The notes beneath the pieces are model-generated. The model made no database searches, was not told the DNA's origin, and worked only from the letters and a program-made list of their open reading frames with translations. A DNA stretch of 64,000 nt, from positions 36,208,001 through 36,272,000 of the forward strand of contig NC_043002.1 of assembly GCF_006345805.1 (NCBI RefSeq), read 5' to 3'. A program made the position numbers and the translations under genes. The first letter of the stretch is position 1. Every line of letters begins with the position of its first letter. Below are positions 63,356-64,000 of this stretch, one piece after another. This DNA is from Octopus sinensis (taxonomy: Eukaryota).

Positions 63356-64000
63356 TGTAATAATAACCATGCAACAGTGATTTATATAAAATTTTTCCGA
63401 AGCATATAAATTTCTTTTGACATATCAATTTTTTGCATAAGAGGATACATTTATATGAATTAACAACAGTATTCACTAGCACATATTTTTTCATTGTAGA
63501 GTCTATGTATTATATCATAAATATATATATATATACACACACATATATATATTTATTAATTTTTTGGTAGTGTCTTTAACAATACAAATACAACCAACAA
63601 AGTAATATATGAATGAAACTGTAATTGCTATGTAGTTGAGTAGAAAAGTAGCCAAAATATCTTGGCTTGATGACAGGATAAAGCTCCTTCCTAAGTCATG
63701 GGGACATATAGGGTCATTTTCCCAGTTTCTATAGCATATATATTCTGCACTGGATGAGACGCTGGTCTGTCGTAGAAATACTTATTTTGCCAGCTGAGTG
63801 GACTGGAGCAACATGAAATTAAATGATTTGCTCAAGAACACAACATATCACCTGGTCCAGGAATCAAAACCATAATCTTATCCTAACCATTGAGCCACAT
63901 GCTTCCACCTAAAACTTAATGTAGTTAATCAAATTAAATCCACTACAAAAGAAAACTGCCTAAGTCGAAGAGAATTCCATCAGTAATATGAAAGTGCAAT

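Overview
AT-rich eukaryotic genomic DNA, very likely an octopus/coleoid cephalopod, inferred from recurrent tRNA-derived SINE families with RTE-type (ATG)n tails and long microsatellites. Two host genes are recognisable. (1) A complete RNF32 orthologue on the minus strand: 8 coding exons assembled by hand between 8840 and 22919, 367 aa, RING-IQ-RING, needing one GC-AG intron and a 33-bp microexon. (2) The first coding exon of a vanin/biotinidase-family gene on the plus strand (47252-47452); no second exon was found in the window. Most of the rest is transposable elements: a Merlin/IS1016-type family (decayed transposase plus non-autonomous copies with GGATC termini and 8-bp TSDs), piggyBac, pogo, mariner, DD37D- and DD41D-type Tc1/mariner, a Chapaev3-like fragment, non-autonomous Helitrons, a truncated Gypsy, a full-length L1/Tx1 LINE with an 11-bp TSD, Penelope, RTE and R4-like LINE fragments, and many SINEs. 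Best leads: a hammerhead-ribozyme motif beside the Penelope fragment; a Merlin element carrying a Helitron helicase fragment and telomere-like repeats; a 29-bp Merlin remnant with a perfect TSD; an 8.4-kb nested Merlin that splits a SINE; and unusual RNF32 splice signals. All family names come from motif recognition by eye; no database search was run.
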